A DNA stretch of 63,562 bases, counting the filler, from Sphacelaria rigidula (Eukaryota): NCBI GenBank assembly GCA_964200075.2. It is 10 parts of 10 records of this genome, joined end to end, with 100 filler letters (N's around TTAATTAATTAA, not from the genome) between each part and the next. Parts side by side here need not be neighbours in the genome. Positions count along the whole stretch, not along the records: positions 19,102 to 25,368 come from CAXNAA020021131.1; positions 25,469 to 31,735 come from CAXNAA020021132.1; positions 31,836 to 38,102 come from CAXNAA020021133.1; 7 more parts are not named here. One strand, written 5' to 3'. Position numbers and translations under genes: made by a program. Positions 23,575-36,200 of the stretch are shown one piece after another. The first letter of the stretch is position 1. Every line of letters starts with the position of its first letter. The notes beneath the pieces were generated by a model, which was not told where the DNA came from, searched no databases, and was given only the letters and a program-made list of their open reading frames with translations.

Positions 23575-25368
23575 CTATTCAACAGACTGTGCGAGCGCCT
23601 TAGCAACACGCTCAAGGGTTGAACAGTAGCCTGGGGTCAAAATTCGGAGATTAATGAGAGTCAACAACGTTAGAACAATACGGACATGAACAGAACGAGA
23701 TCTGACATGACAGCGGTGTCGGAGGTGAAACTTCCCAAGGAAGATCACCTCTCAGCAATGGGGGTAGTTGCTGACAGGAAGTAAGGGTCATTTTTGCAAT
23801 GTTTAGACAGAAGCACGATGCTCACAGACCGAAAACATCGTATCCACCGCTTTGTTACTAACGCAAGGACGTAGTCCCACGTAGATGTCAGAGGAACCGA
23901 AGGTGTCCCAGTACCCGGGCGTGAATAACCCAGGCGCCCGTGGATCGATCAGTATCCCAGTGCCCAGTCATGTAGACCAGCAGAGGCAACCAGCACCTAA
24001 GTGCAAATACATGTGATGGAAACATGTCACATATGACAACTACATAACAGAAAACCAAAATGAAAAAGGTTTGCAATACATGCACTGTTACAGACCTCAG
24101 GTGGCAAAAATTTACTGGAGGTGTTTGCTCGACACCACAGTATAGAGAAGGGCTGCCTTTGCGAAGTAGTGGTGGCGTGACGTAATCAATGATAGTCACT
24201 CAAGGATATTCCCATGGTTATATCATCAGCGAAGCTGATGATCGCCTCGTCCCACCAGTCATAGCCTCGATGGGCTTCCGGCGCATAAGGGGAGAGGAAA
24301 TGTGGGAGATATCCCTTTGCAGTGACATATCAGAGACTGATGTTACACATGTATACAGACCCAGTGCAAACAGGGACGAGATAGGAACGTTCCGGAAGGA
24401 CTAGATTCCCCGAGGACCCTGTAATGCCAACGAAACTAGACGACTCGGGGTGATGCCACGAAGAGCCTAATATTCAGGACGGTCCAACATCCCCCGAGGA
24501 ACCCGGTCGCCTCCAGCGACCACTCTGTGTCTGACCCACTTCTTGCCTACATCCCACAAGAGGAAATCATCGTCAGCTTTGGAGTTCCTTCGGCATCAGG
24601 ACGACATCTCTTGGGACAGCCTGATATGTCCTCCTTATACTAGGGCATTGTTCTACATACACTTCCACGAAGATACACTCGGGGTGAGATACGCAACAGC
24701 CGCCCGACAGGGAAAGTTCATTTGCGCCGGTGCAGGTGTTATCCGCACTAGGCCATAGCTTCTCTTCAGCGTGTTTGAAGCTCGCTGTTTTTCCCTACCA
24801 GAACCCGGAATGACCATATATAAAAAAAACGATAATGTCTGACCGCATGTCGACTGTGCTCGATGTCACCTCTTCACACCTGCCAATGAATCTTGCGGGA
24901 AGTTCTCTCTACAGAGAGAAGACATCAGCGCTGCCCTCTGCAGTCGGTTCGCCGTGTGCCAACCCTAATATATCACACAAGCGATTCTAGTCCCCACAGC
25001 AATAGTCGCGTCTAGTGCACCTCGTCGCAGCATTTTTGCTGCATCGGTGTCATCCGGGGATTGTGAGCTCTGCGGGAAGGGCAGCTCTCGCCGTGTGCCA
25101 TTGTTGCCAGGTTCATGGGGTGCTATACGAATGCTTACGATGGGTGCGGTAGCTTAACGCCGCCTCCCGACAAATAAACCTCAATTTTACCTCCACTAGG
25201 TGGGGGTATTAACGGAACGGAACAACGGTACAGTACCCTGCTTCTGCAACACTCAACAGAAAAGCAAGCCACCACGTAGCTCAGTGTCCCCCCCCCAACT
25301 CTGGACGCTGGTTATGTCGTACAACTGGATCTGGGAGAAGGAGTACACGCCCAAGAGGTGGAGAGAAG

Positions 25369-25468
25369 NNNNNNNNNNNNNNNNNNNNNNNNNNNNNNNN
25401 NNNNNNNNNNNNTTAATTAATTAANNNNNNNNNNNNNNNNNNNNNNNNNNNNNNNNNNNNNNNNNNNN
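25369..25468. other. Artificial scaffold spacer
   Basis: N44-TTAATTAATTAA-N44. Confidence 0.99.
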
Positions 25469-26769
25469 TGTTGCTGTCGCACAGTTTACCCCCCCCACCT
25501 TGACCCCAGGTCACTTTGTTCCGCCATCCGCTGGCGACCTCTCGCTCGGACCATGGAGCTCAACTTTCTCCTTCTGCTGCCGACCTTCTTCACAACCCTT
25601 CAGCGCCTTCCGCTCCTGGAGCCTTCTTCATGAATATTCGACGTCTTCATTCCACGCTGCAGGAGTTTGCTGGAGTTTGCTTCTGTTGCGCCGCCACTTA
25701 GCCGGCATTGTACTACTGTTGCGTTTTGCCACCTGGTTTAGCTAGCGCGGTTAAACATGTTTGGTTTTTCCGTAGAGTTCGCTAGCCCGCAGTAAGCATT
25801 GTGTGCTTCTGCGCCGTCAAGCGTGCTTACGCTTTCCGTAGCAGTTTCCGCTTTCTTTTCGTCGTTCGAGGTGTGGGAAAGTCGGGTTTGTTGCCCTCTG
25901 CGTCTTGAATGCTGTTATTATTCTTGTCTTTTCATGACTTACGAGGAGAAAAACCTCTATCTTCGCTGCTTTCTGGGGTTCTTTCGTCGCAACTGCGATA
26001 GGGATCCGTCTAGAGAGGCGAATGTCATGAAGACAAGCAGCATTGAGTCTTGAGTACTCGAATCTTGGCTGACGGGTCTGTTCGGAGGGTCAGATATAGT
26101 ATGTACACCTATAAAAAGGGTAGGAGTAACAGCTCTCGTATACACCTCGGCACTGTTCTGAGCAAGCAGGAGCTATCAACATCTGACTATCGTCCGATTG
26201 GTGAGCCACAAGCGTGGAAGAGCATTGAGCAAGAAGGAAAAGCACTCTATAAACAAGAGCCTTGAGTCAAGCAGACATCAACCTATTGTGCGTGAACCCC
26301 TCACGAGTTGTGCCGCAGACTTCGTGGAAGCATTCTATAAACAAGAGCCTTGAGTCAAGTAGACATCAACCTATTGTGTGTGAACCCCTTCCCGACTCGT
26401 GCGGTGCGGACCTCGTGACACACCCCGCAAAGCTCACCAAACGTTTCGGATTTTGTCAATGTTCATTGGTAAATTTCTTGCAACGAAGTTGACAGAAAAT
26501 ATTAGAAAAACCAGGATAATTATAATTGTCGAAAAAATGCCCCCCGGCTTCTGAGGTCATCGGGACAGAACGGGCAAGGAGCAAAAGCAGATATGCAAAC
26601 CCCGCACAGCACATCAGACTTTTCGGTTTTTGTCAGCGTTTATTGATCAATTTTTCGTAACAAAATTAACAGAAATATCAAAACGATGATAACTGATCAA
26701 GTTCTTGCAACGAAGTTGATATTTTGTTTTTGAAAAAATCTTGACAATTTTCGAAAAAAATGTCCTCCG

Positions 26770-26840
26770 GGAGGGGGTGGGGGGGGGGCGTACTCATGTG
26801 TTGCTTGCCTTAGTCCTTTGACCATTGACCACGCATCCCT
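26770..26840 (-). repeat. ~55-bp dispersed motif followed by poly-C (copies at 8916 +, 38567 +, 50775-50833 -)
   Basis: Consensus AGGGATGCGAGGTCAATGGTCTGATGACTATGGCATGCA..CATGAGTACAC(C)n seen in four scaffolds. Confidence 0.75.
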
Positions 26841-28402
26841 TTCGAGACGGAGCAAAATTTTCTCTGCGCTGCCCCCTGGTGTAAGGGTAAATCGTATTGC
26901 GTCCATTGGTATTGTCATGATCGCCGTAGCGTCTCTTCAGCAAAATAGGCGATGTCGTGCAGACAGGACGGTACACACGTGAGAATGTAGATAGACCGAA
27001 GCCCAACTAAAATAGACAGGACAGTACACAACTGTACAATATAGGGCATGCAGTGTCTTCTTCTCTTGCCCCTACGCCCGGTGTTTTTTCTCTCTGTCCA
27101 TGGGTAACACTGAAGAATCAGATTCCATAAAACCTGCGGAGAGGGTGACCTCTTTCTGCCGCCAGCTCTAAAATGTATCCTCTTTACCGCCACGGTGTGT
27201 CACCTGGGTCTTGAACTCAGTTTTCAAATAAAAACTATGCCAAAACAACAGATAACCACACTTTAAACAATATATTCCATTGTCAAAAAATGCACTGGAT
27301 ACGGTATCGACTATTGCGTCTAATGTGCAACAAACAATAGATTCCACAATATTGTGCACAGTGCATTTTTTGACAATTGAATCTCTTGTCCAGGGTGTGC
27401 AGAGAACTCGTTCCGCGAGTGACACGTGCATGATCCATACTCTTTCAAACACACGATGAGTGCGATAGAGATGGCGTGGCGAACATGGCGGTATTGAAGT
27501 ATAATGCAGCATAGCTGTGTAGTGGTATGTCGCGCGATGAGAGAGGGTACAGCATCACGTTACTGCCCAATTGTACTACTCTACTTAACTGTGGCTTCGT
27601 TGTGGTGGCTCCGATTTCGAGTGTAAAAGCGTGACCCACGCCACCACGGTTGGGGTGCCCTGTGCTTTGTGCATCCGGTGCTCGCGCGAGCCACATGTTT
27701 ACCTCGAAAGTTCATCCGCTCAGGGGTACGCGCGGAGAAATTCGGTAAACGACCTGATATGTATTTCTTCTGTTCGTGCATCAATCAGATGGAACAGTAA
27801 ACATAAACACTCTGCATGACTGTAGTGTGAAGAACGGGTAAATGACCTTCCGTGGCACGGGCTTGCCCTACCCCCAAGCAGAAGGGGAGTTTGTTATTTC
27901 TGTTTTGTTTCGCTCGAGAGAACCGTGGGCGTGTTTGTCGGTCGTGCTGTGTGTTGTGTTGTGTTGGGCTCTACAAATGACCATCTTCTTGCGCAGGTCA
28001 TGAATCTGCGGTGTCGCATGTGCAGTGTAGCAGTGCGTATCTTTGGTAAGTCCTCACATGAACAGAAGTCCTCACACATGAACAGCTTGCGTACAACAGT
28101 AGTAACGAAATGGGCCTATTTTTCGCATGGCACGGGTTTATTTTTTCTTCTCTACCCCCCGTTGCCCCCACGGGGCTGGGGGGTTGCAAAAACATGTGAA
28201 AATGTCGTCCGGGGGCGAGGATAAGCCCCGATAGCCATGGCGTGTCTATTATAATTTTCATACCGCAGTCCCACTACCGTACATATGAAAATACTTTACT
28301 GGACTGATTCTCTTTCCGCTCCCTCGGTGAAACGCTTCAACTCTCCTCTGAAATAGATGTCAGCAAGCTGGTTAAGTGAGCTGTGTATGCGGCAATTTTA
28401 TT

Positions 28403-29083
28403 CATATAGCTGTTTTTCTGTTCAACCCATGTGATGTTCTAATTGTTGAGAGAGGCAAGCAGAACACGCCGACCGACTTAGTGGGAGGTGATGGCGCAAA
28501 CCACAAGAGCGACGGCAGATACGAACTGCCGTTTAGTACTATGCAATAGCCGATCACCAAAAACTGAATATTTGTTGAATAGATTTCAAATTAACAGTTC
28601 CAAGGTGCAAGACCGTTTTCGTGTACATTGGAGAGGGTGAACTCCGAAGACGGTCGTCATGCCGCACGTGCAGCACGTTGACGACAGCGATTGCGACTGA
28701 GCAATAAAGAACTGCTGTGGCTGGTGCTCTTTTACAATTCGTATGGTGAGCACATATAGCTGTTTTTCTGTTCAACCCATGTGATGTTCTAATTGTTGAG
28801 AGAGGTAAGCAGAACACGCCGACCGACTTAGTGGGAGGTGATGGCGCAAACCACAAGAGCGACGGCAGATACGAACTGCCGTTTAGTACTATGCAATAGC
28901 CGATCACCAAAAACTGAATCTTTGTTGAATAGATTTCAAATTAACAGTTCCAAGGTGCAAGACCGTTCTCGTGTACATTGGAGAGGGTGAACTCCGAAGA
29001 CGGTCGTCATGCCGCACATGCAGCACGTTGACGACAGCGATTGCGACTGAGCAATAAAGAACTGCTGTGGCTGGTGCTCTTTT
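28403..29083. repeat. Near-identical tandem duplication, 350-bp period, abutting an N gap
   Basis: 28403-28732 repeats at 28753-29082 with a few substitutions. Confidence 0.95.
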
Positions 29084-29992
29084 NNNNNNNNNGGTCCTTC
29101 AGTGCTCTCGCCATACCACTGATCATCCAATCCTGCAAGGAAGCTACTGTACCCTTATCATCCGATTCCTTGGAAGGAGGTAATACACTGCACATGCTGT
29201 ACTCTATAGTGTAGTGCTACTCTTGTACATACGGGTGTGCAGACGACGATTCCGTGGAAGGATCTAAATCAGTGTGCATGGTGTACTCTATAATATAGTG
29301 CTGCTCTTGCTTCCTCTCTCAGTAAAACACTGGATTACTGTGTACGGGTGCATTTCGTCGTATCGGTGCTGTACAGACGACGGGGTTTTCAAATTCCATG
29401 GGGATCCATACAACTTGACCGTTCGGTCTTGGACTATCTTTCGACCTGGTTCTGCGAGACGATACAGAAGGGTGACAATTGTGTCCTCTTCAGTCTGAGT
29501 CTGGTACAAAATACTGTTCCGAAAAGGATCATTTGTGTCTTGGCTACAGTATGGGTAAACCGGACACCCTGGTACTCGTTGGCAGTGTGGGAGCCAGCGA
29601 CATTACGCCATTAATAAATAAGACTAGTGGTAAGTCACGGCTGACGCCCCTTTTTCTTCGTTTCTTGCGATACACTTGATTTTTATTTTAGACTACATCC
29701 TTGACAGGGAGAAATCATGCGTCAAGGTAACGCTGTTCCTTTCAGACGCCACATACACCTCCGCACCCGTGAGACGTTCGGGGGTTGATCCTCATTTCCA
29801 CGTGCTTTTCAAGCCGACCCTCAAAACCTGCAGAAGAAATAATAGTTCATTGTCCGATTTTTCCTGCTGAGCGCGGGACGTGCCCTGGAAAGGACTATAA
29901 CCCAGTGGGTGTATTTGGGCTCGAAGCACACAACTCAAATATAGCGAAGACGCTCCGATCTTGTAGTTGGTGTGAAAATAATAACAAGAGTC

Positions 29993-30233
29993 CACCGTTA
30001 AAACGAATCATCACGACTACGAATCACCAAATCCACGATTTCTTTGGCCTGATTGCGCAAACGGGAGAAAACAATTGACCGCTGGTCCAAGGGATATCCA
30101 TTCCACGTGTCTGGGCTGCGTGTTCCTGGGTTGCAACGCTGAAAACAAAGCCTAGGGATTGATTTGTACGATTCGAATCAACTATACTCAAACCAAGTAA
30201 TTCCCAGACGACTCGTTATTTATCCGACTCTCG
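29993..30233 (+). mobile_element. hAT-type MITE family H (internal deletion)
   Basis: Family interior; degenerate TIRs; flanks CAAGAGTC / CAAGATTC (7/8 TSD). Confidence 0.88.
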
Positions 30234-31712
30234 CAAGATTCGTTCGTTTGTTTTTTGCCTGCAAGAAGGATATTATGGTCAATATTTCTCTTGTATGCGT
30301 TCGTCGAGCAGGAGCATACTCAAAAGTACATACTCTACTCGACCTGCCCTTGAACTCTACCCCTACGTCCGCGAAGCAGAAAAAATATATGAGCACCCGG
30401 ATGCATCGTCGACACCTGTGCAACCTAGGATTATGGCAAAAATACTTGTGGCTGGTCAGTGCCGCGTGACCATCCCGACGGTGATGACATGGATCACACT
30501 TTCAATGCAGAGCCAGAACAACCAACGCAGAGTACAGGAGTTCAGCAACATGCTGCTGTACTCTCCCAGGATCCTTCTCATCGAACCGTATTTCCCCCCT
30601 CTTTTTTCAAATCCTCTCATAAAAACTATCGCTGCTTGGTCGGACACATTTTGGGGGGTAGCCAAATGGCCGCGTGTGCCCTGAGCGGGTCCAAAAACTG
30701 GAAGGGTACAGTAGTACATACGTGTACGGCATTTCGTTTCTTCGTGCACCCCTGCGTCGATCATGATCATTTGTTGGTTCAATAAAGTTAAATCAGCCCC
30801 TTTTCGACATTGTTTTTTTTTTAAACGATCGCTGAGTGGTCGCTGCGATACCACCCGCCACCCCAAAAACACATCCCCAAAACGTGTCCAGAAAGCCCTT
30901 CTTTAGAAAAGACCTCATGAAGCGCAGAAAAAGCACTTCCTGAAATCCTATTTTGACGTTGGATTTGCGGACACCTTGACGGGAAACATATACATGCCTG
31001 GTTGACAGGGGCGCACGTGCAAAGGCGCACCACACAACCCAACACAACCAGAGCTATTCCAAGGAGTAACAACACGATTTAGTTTGTTTTACATGAAAAA
31101 AACTCCTGTGTTGACCTTCCTCCTGCGTGACCCCAACTGATGAGCCCACTTATACCGAAAGGTGTAGACCGGCGTCCAGAATAGATGGGACAGCAACACA
31201 CAAACACACAACATACATGCAGACGGTAAAGTTTATCCGTTCAAGGCTTCGGAAACCACAACGCTGCAATCACCACATTTTTTTGTATTGAAAATTGCTT
31301 TCCGTCGGAAGCGATGATGAAATCATAACCACGGGTCTCAAAATAGGAAGCGATGATGAAGCATGATGGAACATACGTATCGATGGTACATGCAGTACAC
31401 AATTGCCAGCCATAAAGGAGTAACCACACCACGCCACGGGCCAAGAGTGTAGCGTCGATAAGTAGTGATACATAGTGGGAGAATGAGCGATAACGCGGGC
31501 GCAGGAAGGGCTGTAGTGAGGGACCCAACCTCCAGGCGCAAAGCTATAACCGGGTGTTTGGTGAATTCCACCCGTGACAGTGAAGAAAATCGCGCTCATC
31601 TTGGGACAGTGCGATGCGAGCTGCAGAGTCTGTCAGCAATGTGTGCAGTGCGAACAACCGGTGAGAAGTTTCGTATTGGGTTTACTGTCCGTCTTGGAAG
31701 CGTGTAGCGAAG

Positions 31713-31735
31713 GAGTCATCCTACGATAGGGGGGG
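31713..31735. mobile_element. MITE family B terminal repeat, truncated at scaffold end
   Basis: GAGTCATCCTACGATAGGGGGGG. Confidence 0.75.
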
Positions 31736-31835
31736 NNNNNNNNNNNNNNNNNNNNNNNNNNNNNNNNNNNNNNNNNNNNTTAATTAATTAANNNNNNNNN
31801 NNNNNNNNNNNNNNNNNNNNNNNNNNNNNNNNNNN
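31736..31835. other. Artificial scaffold spacer
   Basis: N44-TTAATTAATTAA-N44. Confidence 0.99.
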
Positions 31836-31942
31836 TGAATCGGGTCGGTTCGACAAGGGCACGGAAGCGCGCTCGCAGCCGATTGAAAAGTACCCCGTGG
31901 AGTGCCGAAAAGGTCACAAATACCATATCGGTCGGTTACATG

Positions 31943-33891
31943 CCATTTTTGACTCTAGATGACTTCGACGAGAGATGTTGCGTTATACAGACATGTTGCC
32001 TTGTGTGCACAGCTACTTGTGTTCCAAACTGAATGGATTACAAGCCGTGAATTTAACTGACCGCGATGTGCAGTACGGGAGGGCAAGATCACATTGGCTC
32101 GTGATATGAGATGCGGTTGCTTTTTGTGTTGTCGGACATTGGACGCTGATCAAGCACGTTGAGTGCGCAGACTGCAAACAGAAACGGTATTGTGAAGTGT
32201 TATGAATGATTTCACGTAGCATTTCTCATGTTCAACTGCTTTCTGTATACTGTACTCCAGGCTGATCACTGCTTGTAGACTGTACTGCATTATAGTCTGC
32301 TGTGTATTGGCGTATGATCGAAGTATCTTGCCCTACAAAAACGGTACACTTCTCATGTTGCGGGCAAATGCGGACCAATGAATGATTTTTGTTTTTTTCG
32401 TTTCTACAGATTGTTTGTTGAGCATGCTTATACTATTTGTTGAGCGTAACGGTACATGAGGACGCACCAGCCGGAGTCTGACAGGAGGAGGGTCAACACA
32501 GGATTTTTTTTTGTGTTCCCTGTTTTTCTTTGGTACTCCACCTCCTGGGATACCTGCGTGTATATTTTTTTCGCGAGGGAAGTTGAGCGCAGTCCCTTTC
32601 CCTGCTGGGGGTCCGCTCGTCGACCGTTGGGGCAGAGTTTCTGTACACACGGCACGATACTGTGAAATGTTTTTCACAAAATTCTGTTCCTTGTTTGGTT
32701 TTACTACTCCACCTGCTTGCTCATGTTCTTCTTTATTGCGAGGAAAGACGCATGGGTTTGTAGGAGAGGAATTTCATCTTTGATATGATGGATGTGCGGT
32801 ATATTCGAATACTTTTCGCTTTTTTGCATGAAATACAACGGATGACTTATTTCTGCGATTATTTTCTACCGCACGCCTGCCCTGCCCCCGGTGCTGCGAG
32901 CCACTCTCTATGACGAGGCAACTGCTTTCGAACCCAGGCGGATGTGCACAAAAATGACGAAGCCCGGACCGTGACACCGCAAGAACCAAACCGAAAACAG
33001 CGACCACGGCCTGGGCGACGACAACACAGCCGCTTGGGGGGCTTAGCAGGAGTCAGGGCAGGAACCAGACACGCTTTGGCATTTAGGTTCTTATCATTTG
33101 ATTTCTTTGGGAGCTTGCATCTGATCCGGAATGTTTTCGTCTCGTTGTTCGCAGTAACGTGACTCGTCAATCATGTGAAATGTCCCGTGGTTGCATTTTT
33201 TTGTTTGATTGTTTTAGTTTTCGTTCCCTACGCCCTACGAAGTACTACCGTTGTTTGGTCATGGTTTCTTCAACTTGATCCTCCACATGATTGCGATGAT
33301 TTTTTTAATTATCGGGAAAGAAAATAATGGGGGGGGAAATGACAATTTGCTTCCATAATTCTCTTTTCGGGTAATTAAAAACGAAGAAAACCCATGTGAT
33401 GGGGTTATCAATAGCGGAGTATTTTGGGAGAAAAATCATGTGATGGGATGATTCACGGCGGGGTACTTTGGACAATTTGATTAGTCGGTTATGGATTTCG
33501 AAAAGGGAATTTGATATTTTGCGATCCGCGCTAGAACGTTCTTGGCAAAGTGATTCACCGGCTCTGGATTTTGGGTTGGACATTTTCAATTACGGAAAGA
33601 ACATGGCGTGGATTCAACCTCGAGTATACTTCCGAGAGTAGAACGGTTTTTAGTCTTGGGTGTCACTAAACAGTTGACTATTCACCCGCCGTTCAACATG
33701 CGGGACTGACTTTGCACCAGAATAACTCACGATAATTGACTCTGGGGTCATCGATGTTATGTTTTCATGTACTACCTGGAAGCAATACCCCCTGCAAAAT
33801 AATATGTGATATTGAATCGGGGGGGGCGTTTTAATACGGAGTAATTTATATTATGTTCTCTCCAGGGTGTGGCGTTTATTCAATGAGTAAT
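31943..33891 (+). repeat. ~1.9-kb direct repeat, copy 1
   Basis: Collinear with 36201-38102, with many substitutions and several indels. Confidence 0.95.
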
Positions 33892-36200
33892 ACCCGTCCT
33901 GATATTTGGGTGAGTGTAATGTTTATGCAGAGTAACATTGCATAACATTTCGAGGAGTCATGTTATTGTCCAGTGGAATGATATCTCGGTCACTTGACAT
34001 GTTGAATGTGGACACTTGCCTGATGTAGACCGTGTTGTAGACGGTATATTGAATCGAATTTTACATAGACAACCGCATCTTGTTACCATGAGAATAGTGC
34101 ATTTTTGACATATTCGAGTAGTGGAAGGTTGACTGTGTTTCTCGAATGTCATCATGGAAACTGAGAAGTAGGAAAAGGGTGTCCACTGTGCATTCATGTG
34201 TGATTTTTGGCTGTTACAAGGAAGAGTCGGGAACTGATAGTGATTGAGATTGATACACATATATCTATTTGTTTTGTGCTGACTGACGCAAACAATTGTT
34301 GAAATGGAGCATGCGTAAGTTACGAAGAACTGATTATATTCAGGATTTGAGCTTTCGATTGCTAAAATAGACGAGTTTGCGACGTCCGTGCGTGGCTGAA
34401 AAGGTTTTTTCCTGACGGGATCGGGTTTTCTTTTTCAGTTCTTAGTAATATAGTGTTGGATTCATGTAATGAAGAACTGACATATTTTCGCGCTTTAGAA
34501 TGAGGCACTATGTATTCAGGATAAACTATCAGTCCCAGAGCCGTAAGCAGGGACGCTAATCGATTATGCTTGCGCTCCAGGATCTGACTGGATACGAAGA
34601 AAATAGATATGGAGATTGGATCATGACGTGCAGGAAATACGAATAAGAGATCATTCTGTTATTTAAGGTATACCCTATGTAGTGCTTGCAGTGCATATCT
34701 ACAGGGGCGGCACACGCCTTTTCGCGTGCCGAAAATCTGGGATTATGACATGTGATTTTGTATGAGCGTTTTCCCCAGGAATCAGTACCCCACTTCCTTC
34801 AGTGGTGTTGTGTGTCAGTTCTGATTCAGCGGTGTTTTCAGCCGTTGTGTGTTATGTGTGTGAGAGTGGGCGTAAGTGGGTAAATTAAGTACATAAATGA
34901 TATCTGGTCTCAACTGGCCACGGCAGGCCTACAACTTCCCCGGCAACGCACCCGGTGCATGAGGCTTTATATTATGCTAGCATAAAAGCCTGTGTCAAGG
35001 CTCATGTACCGACTGGTAGGGATTTACACGTAGTAGGCTTAAATCAGGCTACGCAGCCGCAAAAGGAGAATTGAAACGGATTTTACAACGAGACATCGAA
35101 AGGCGCATACGCGGCAGACAACAAGACGGACAACGTCATCAGGACAACATCATCAACGGACAGCATCACAGCGCCACAAGATCTAACTGGGGCAGAAAGG
35201 TACCCAAGACCGGCAGCGGAAACACCCCCCGGCACGCGCGTCACCAACTCTAGCATCCAAACGCCAGTAAGCAGCTATATCAAGGACAACAAAATCAGAG
35301 CTTCTCAGCTTATATCCCAGAAGGCATGTATTCATCTTTATTTTGTATATTTGAGCTAACCGGAGCAGCAGCAAGAGGTACCCAAGACCGGCAGCGGTAG
35401 TATCCCTCGGCACGCGCGTCACCCACTCTAGCATCCGAACGCCAGTGAACAAGCCACTCCCGGGACGTCAACGTCATCAGCTGTCCAAGCTCCTACTTCA
35501 ACACGAGCGGCAGTGCTCAAGAAGGCACGTTTTCCCTTTTAATTTTTCCTTCGATTTAACATCGAATTTTTTATAGAACCACCAGGATTGAAGAGTAGGA
35601 TGACTTCAAGAATGTTTTGTTATCGATAGGTAGTCATTCTATTCTAGTTTTCGAGTTGGTTTGTGTATTTTATTGCTTTGTAGAGTGTGGAATGTCCTCG
35701 CTTCTATTGAAGTGGGGGTGTTATACAACGCCATACTAAGTGGAGATGAAGATTCATTTTGCAGGCTTACAGTCGGATTGTTTTTGTCGGCAATATTTTG
35801 CCCTTCCCTTTTATCCCCCTTTCATCCCCTGTTTATTGGATCACTGTTATGCCCTGCCCATCTATGCAGTATCTTTCATACATGTATACCCCGAGGGTAT
35901 GGATGTGATTTCATATTTCGTCGTGTAGGCGTGTTATATTCCGTCATCTACCGTCATTGCGTAGTTGACATGTCGGCCGGTTGATGTTTCGTGTTGGTTT
36001 GCTTTTCAATTCAGCATCACGCCCTGATCGCTCTGTAATGAGACGGAGCGCAAGTGTGGTTTTGGAGTGTGTCATGTGTGCCCTACTTTGGTTCTCTTAT
36101 GTGTGAGACTTTGGTTTTTCCCTTCTCCACTGCAGAATGATATGATCCCCTTGACTGTAGAAGGGGGTGTTATATTCCGTCATCTACGGTAGTTGAACTT

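Noticed and set aside
23575..25368. 3' LTR of the gypsy element (possible PPT near 23760, AATAAA near 25172)
   Set aside because: No second LTR is available for comparison, so boundaries cannot be supported.
26215..26400. CRISPR-like or other regular array (also short duplications at ~7490-7750, ~38930-39040, ~42875-42911)
   Set aside because: Only two units each, with no constant repeat and unique spacers; ordinary local duplications.
28403..29083. 350-bp tandem duplication as a functional repeat
   Set aside because: Near-identical and abutting a gap; likely uncollapsed haplotype overlap.
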